The notes under the pieces were generated by a model, which worked only from the letters and a program-made list of their open reading frames with translations, did no database searches and had not been told where the DNA came from. From assembly GCA_963674745.2 (NCBI GenBank), contig CAXXDV010000001.1, positions 96,001 through 160,000 on the forward strand: DNA of 64,000 nucleotides, in the 5' to 3' direction. Shown one piece after another: positions 61,100 through 64,000 of this stretch. Positions within the stretch are counted from its first letter, which is position 1. Every line of letters begins with the position of its first letter. Origin of the DNA: Desulfosudaceae bacterium (GTDB lineage Bacteria > Desulfobacterota > Desulfobacteria > Desulfobacterales > Desulfosudaceae). Both the position numbers and the translations under genes were made by a program.

Positions 61100-61927
61100 T
61101 TAGAAATAACTTTCCGGCACCATAATCACATCATCCGGCAAAATCCGCATATCCATGCGCACCCCTTTGATCAGGTGCTCAACCCCTTCTTTGGTACGGA
61201 TAATCCGGGTCCGGTCGGTAGAGGCCTTGTCGGTAGGGCCGCCGGCCATGGTCAGGGCCTTGATCACCGTCAAATCCTTTTCAAAATTATATACACCGGG
61301 TTTTTTCACCTGGCCGCTGATATAAAACACCTCTTTTTTCGGGATAAAAACATGGTCCCCGTCGATTATATTAATGTTCTCCGATGACTGCCCTTCCTTC
61401 ATCAGGCGGCCCAGGTCGACCACGGTAACCGGGGCCGCCGGTTTATCATCCCCCCTGTGCTGGATAATGGCCTGGTAGGCCGCGTTTTCGGTCAAACCGT
61501 TGGCTTTTGAAACCAGCTCCAGGATCGATGTCTCACCCTGGATTTCATAAACACCCGGGGATTCCACCTCGCCCAGGATAGTCACCTTCCGGCCCCGGAA
61601 CTCTTCCACAAAGACATGGACCTGGGGATCGACAATAAAGCCGTCGGCCAGAAGGCGCTTGATTTTGTCCTCCAGTTGTTTGACACTGAGGTTTTCCGCG
61701 GAAATCTGGCCCAGTAAAGGCAGCGAAATCATGCCGTCACCGCTGATCCGGACCGTGGTCTGCATGTCCGGCTGCTCATAAACGGAGATTTTGACCACAT
61801 CCCCTGCGCCCAGAAGGTAATCCTGGGCCGGCGCAGGATGAGAAAATTGCAGGGTAATAATGATAAAAAAAATTAAACCAACAACCCGGTTCACAGAAAT
61901 ATGTCTGAACGATCTTCTACACGTCAT
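61100..61927 (-). CDS. Polysaccharide export (OPX/Wza-like) protein with SLBB domains, short form
   Basis: YLLGAGDVVKISVY, DGMISLPLLG, VDPQV, GEVESPG and GQVKKPG; ends in VPESYF. Confidence 0.9.
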   Translation of the reverse strand: MTCRRSFRHISVNRVVGLIFFIIITLQFSHPAPAQDYLLGAGDVVKISVYEQPDMQTTVRISGDGMISLPLLGQISAENLSVKQLEDKIKRLLADGFIVDPQVHVFVEEFRGRKVTILGEVESPGVYEIQGETSILELVSKANGLTENAAYQAIIQHRGDDKPAAPVTVVDLGRLMKEGQSSENINIIDGDHVFIPKKEVFYISGQVKKPGVYNFEKDLTVIKALTMAGGPTDKASTDRTRIIRTKEGVEHLIKGVRMDMRILPDDVIMVPESYF

Positions 61928-62023
61928 GCTTTAAAATATCACCTTTTTGATCTAAGCCGTCAGCTCCAGGGCCCTGACGCCGGGCAGACGATTGAATCCC
62001 GCATAAGAAAATAACTTTGAAAA

Positions 62024-64000
62024 CTACCGGTAAATGCTGCCACGCAAAAAGACCGTATGATCATCGTAATCAGCGTCATTGTAATTGGAATCCAAATGGG
62101 TATAGGTGTAGGCCAGATCAAACGTCAGCCATCTTAAAAAATCAAATTTAATGGTCGGCGACAGGGCATACTCCCGGTCCCGCCGTCTTTTATCTTCCCA
62201 TAGGTCATCTTCATATTCATAGGCATATTCGTCATAGAACAATGTACCGTGTAAATTCAACCGCAGCTTGCTGGTTAACTTATAGGTCACCGACAGCCCG
62301 ACCATGTGCGTCAGCATATTGGTCGACACCTGGCCGAAATAGTCATCCCAGTGAAGGCCGATACTCATGGCTTCCTCGTACCGGCGATAGGCATTGGCCA
62401 CGATCCGGGTCCGTTCGGTCATGTCATAATCCACAATAAGTTCCGCCATAACCGTACCGGTATCGGACAATTCATCGGCATCAAAGGCCCGTTTTCCATA
62501 ACCGCCCTTGAGGTGTCCGCTCGTTTTCTCGGTAATTTCCCAGCGCACCCCGCCAAAAACCCGCTTTTCAACACAATCCCGGGGTGAACGCTTATAATCC
62601 AGGTCCGCATATTCATATTCGGCAAACAGCCAGGTCTTGTCCGTCAAATGAAAATAACCGTAAAAGGCCCAGGAATTATCGACCCGGTCATTGATATTGT
62701 TTTCCCTGTCGTCATAGCTTAACCAGTAATTGGAAAAATCCAGCCGAAACTCGAATTTTTCCGTCAGGTTGACCGTAGACACCGCGCTGAACAGGTTCGT
62801 CTTGTACTTATCTTCAATGGTATAGGCCCGGGAAGAGATGGAATCATGGGCCCGTTTGAACTGGTCGATCAGCTGCAGGGTGAATTTGTTCCGGCTGTTG
62901 TAGTGAAAATAGCTGTCCAGCCGGTGGGTGACCATGTTGTTATCACTTTCATTATGATAAAACTCCCACTGCGGGCTGTAGAGCAGATAGGCCTGGTAAC
63001 GCCGGTCGTTTTTGGGATAAAAGGGGCTGACCGTCAGGCCCCCGGGGGTGGCACTGGTGGTGGAAATCTCGACCAGCCGTTCATGACTGGCCGGCAATGC
63101 CATCCACAGGCCGGGCGTAATATAAGTGGCCCAGACACCCTTGGGGTTTTTATAAGCTTCGTACAGGTTGGATTTATAAATGAGGTTCACCCCGAGAAAA
63201 CCGTGAATTTTCTCCGGCTTCTCATACACGTCTGCGATACAGTCGTCCGGAAGGATAAAACCAGGGGCCGTTTCTTCCTGTTCATGGCAGGCTTCCCCGG
63301 CACAACCGGAAAATACGCGGATCCTGTTGGCCGTGCTCACCAGCAGCTCGGCAATATCCTTATCCGAATCCGGCCGGAGCATGGCAACGACCGTCACTTT
63401 GCGGGTTTGTGATGGCGGCAGATCACCCACTTTCCACAGCAGGGTGGTCTCCCCGGTCACCGGTTTATCTTTTTTTATTTCCAGCGCGGCTGTCTTATCA
63501 TCGTCCTTACCCTCAAAAACCAGGTTGTCCTGGAGAATATCTTCGATGATCACGTCAAAAGCCGTTGTATTGCCGCGGTTGGTGACGTAAATCTGCCATG
63601 GCATGGACTGGCCCGGCTCCAGCCGGCAGGATTCCGGTGTCACCCGTATGGCCAGGTCCGCGGATTGGCTTAATAACGGATTGGTATAAGCGGATACTTC
63701 CCGTTTGCGCACACCCGGTTTTTCACAGCCGGCGGTTGTGCTCCGGGGCGTAACCATATCCAGGGGATGAACAAAATAGGCCGTTACTTTTAATCCGGAA
63801 GGGCGCAGGCATTTTTTCATCACTTTAAACCGCAGACTGCCGCCCTTTGTCAATGACCGGGGACGGCCCGAAGCATTGTCAAACGAAAAAACAACGACAC
63901 CGGGCCGGCTGGTATGCACCCGGGGCATCCGGCCGTCAAATCCGATCGCCTTCAGCTCATCCAGATAAGCATAATTTTCAGTATCAAGAACGATCTCCAG
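62024..64000 (-). CDS. Polysaccharide-locus outer-membrane beta-barrel protein with N-terminal DUF11/Ig-like domains (5' end outside the window)
   Basis: The frame is open to base 64000. WQIYVTNRGNTTAFDVIIEDIL and LLWKVGDL are DUF11-like. The last ~390 aa are amphipathic beta strands. Confidence 0.75.
   Translation of the reverse strand: MEIVLDTENYAYLDELKAIGFDGRMPRVHTSRPGVVVFSFDNASGRPRSLTKGGSLRFKVMKKCLRPSGLKVTAYFVHPLDMVTPRSTTAGCEKPGVRKREVSAYTNPLLSQSADLAIRVTPESCRLEPGQSMPWQIYVTNRGNTTAFDVIIEDILQDNLVFEGKDDDKTAALEIKKDKPVTGETTLLWKVGDLPPSQTRKVTVVAMLRPDSDKDIAELLVSTANRIRVFSGCAGEACHEQEETAPGFILPDDCIADVYEKPEKIHGFLGVNLIYKSNLYEAYKNPKGVWATYITPGLWMALPASHERLVEISTTSATPGGLTVSPFYPKNDRRYQAYLLYSPQWEFYHNESDNNMVTHRLDSYFHYNSRNKFTLQLIDQFKRAHDSISSRAYTIEDKYKTNLFSAVSTVNLTEKFEFRLDFSNYWLSYDDRENNINDRVDNSWAFYGYFHLTDKTWLFAEYEYADLDYKRSPRDCVEKRVFGGVRWEITEKTSGHLKGGYGKRAFDADELSDTGTVMAELIVDYDMTERTRIVANAYRRYEEAMSIGLHWDDYFGQVSTNMLTHMVGLSVTYKLTSKLRLNLHGTLFYDEYAYEYEDDLWEDKRRRDREYALSPTIKFDFLRWLTFDLAYTYTHLDSNYNDADYDDHTVFLRGSIYR

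Overview
A chromosomal segment that looks like a deltaproteobacterial (Desulfobacterota-like) anaerobe; this is inferred from gene content and order. Most of it is housekeeping: hisF/H/A/B, mazG, phoH-HD-ybeY-pdxJ-nnr-tsaE-lysC, lysA, der, rarA, glnS, coaBC, ispD, rnpB, rpoD-dnaG and two tRNAs. Accessory modules are a monoheme/octaheme cytochrome c plus cytochrome b cluster, a TonB-dependent receptor with a secreted nucleoside-hydrolase/FmdE fusion behind a leader containing a uORF and terminator, a 1508-aa MopE-repeat/DUF1566 lipoprotein with a sigma54-type promoter, an orphan MglA, an HPr-domain fusion, a GGDEF protein and part of a Wzy-type polysaccharide locus. The most unusual signal is non-coding. 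Many of the larger intergenic gaps carry a composite repeat island: tandem 8-mer or 7-mer arms in inverted orientation enclosing GTAG-type REP hairpins or REP-doublet arrays. Two MITE-like elements share a covarying internal structure. No transposase, integrase, reverse transcriptase or CRISPR-Cas gene is visible. Product calls come from motif recognition by eye, not database searches.
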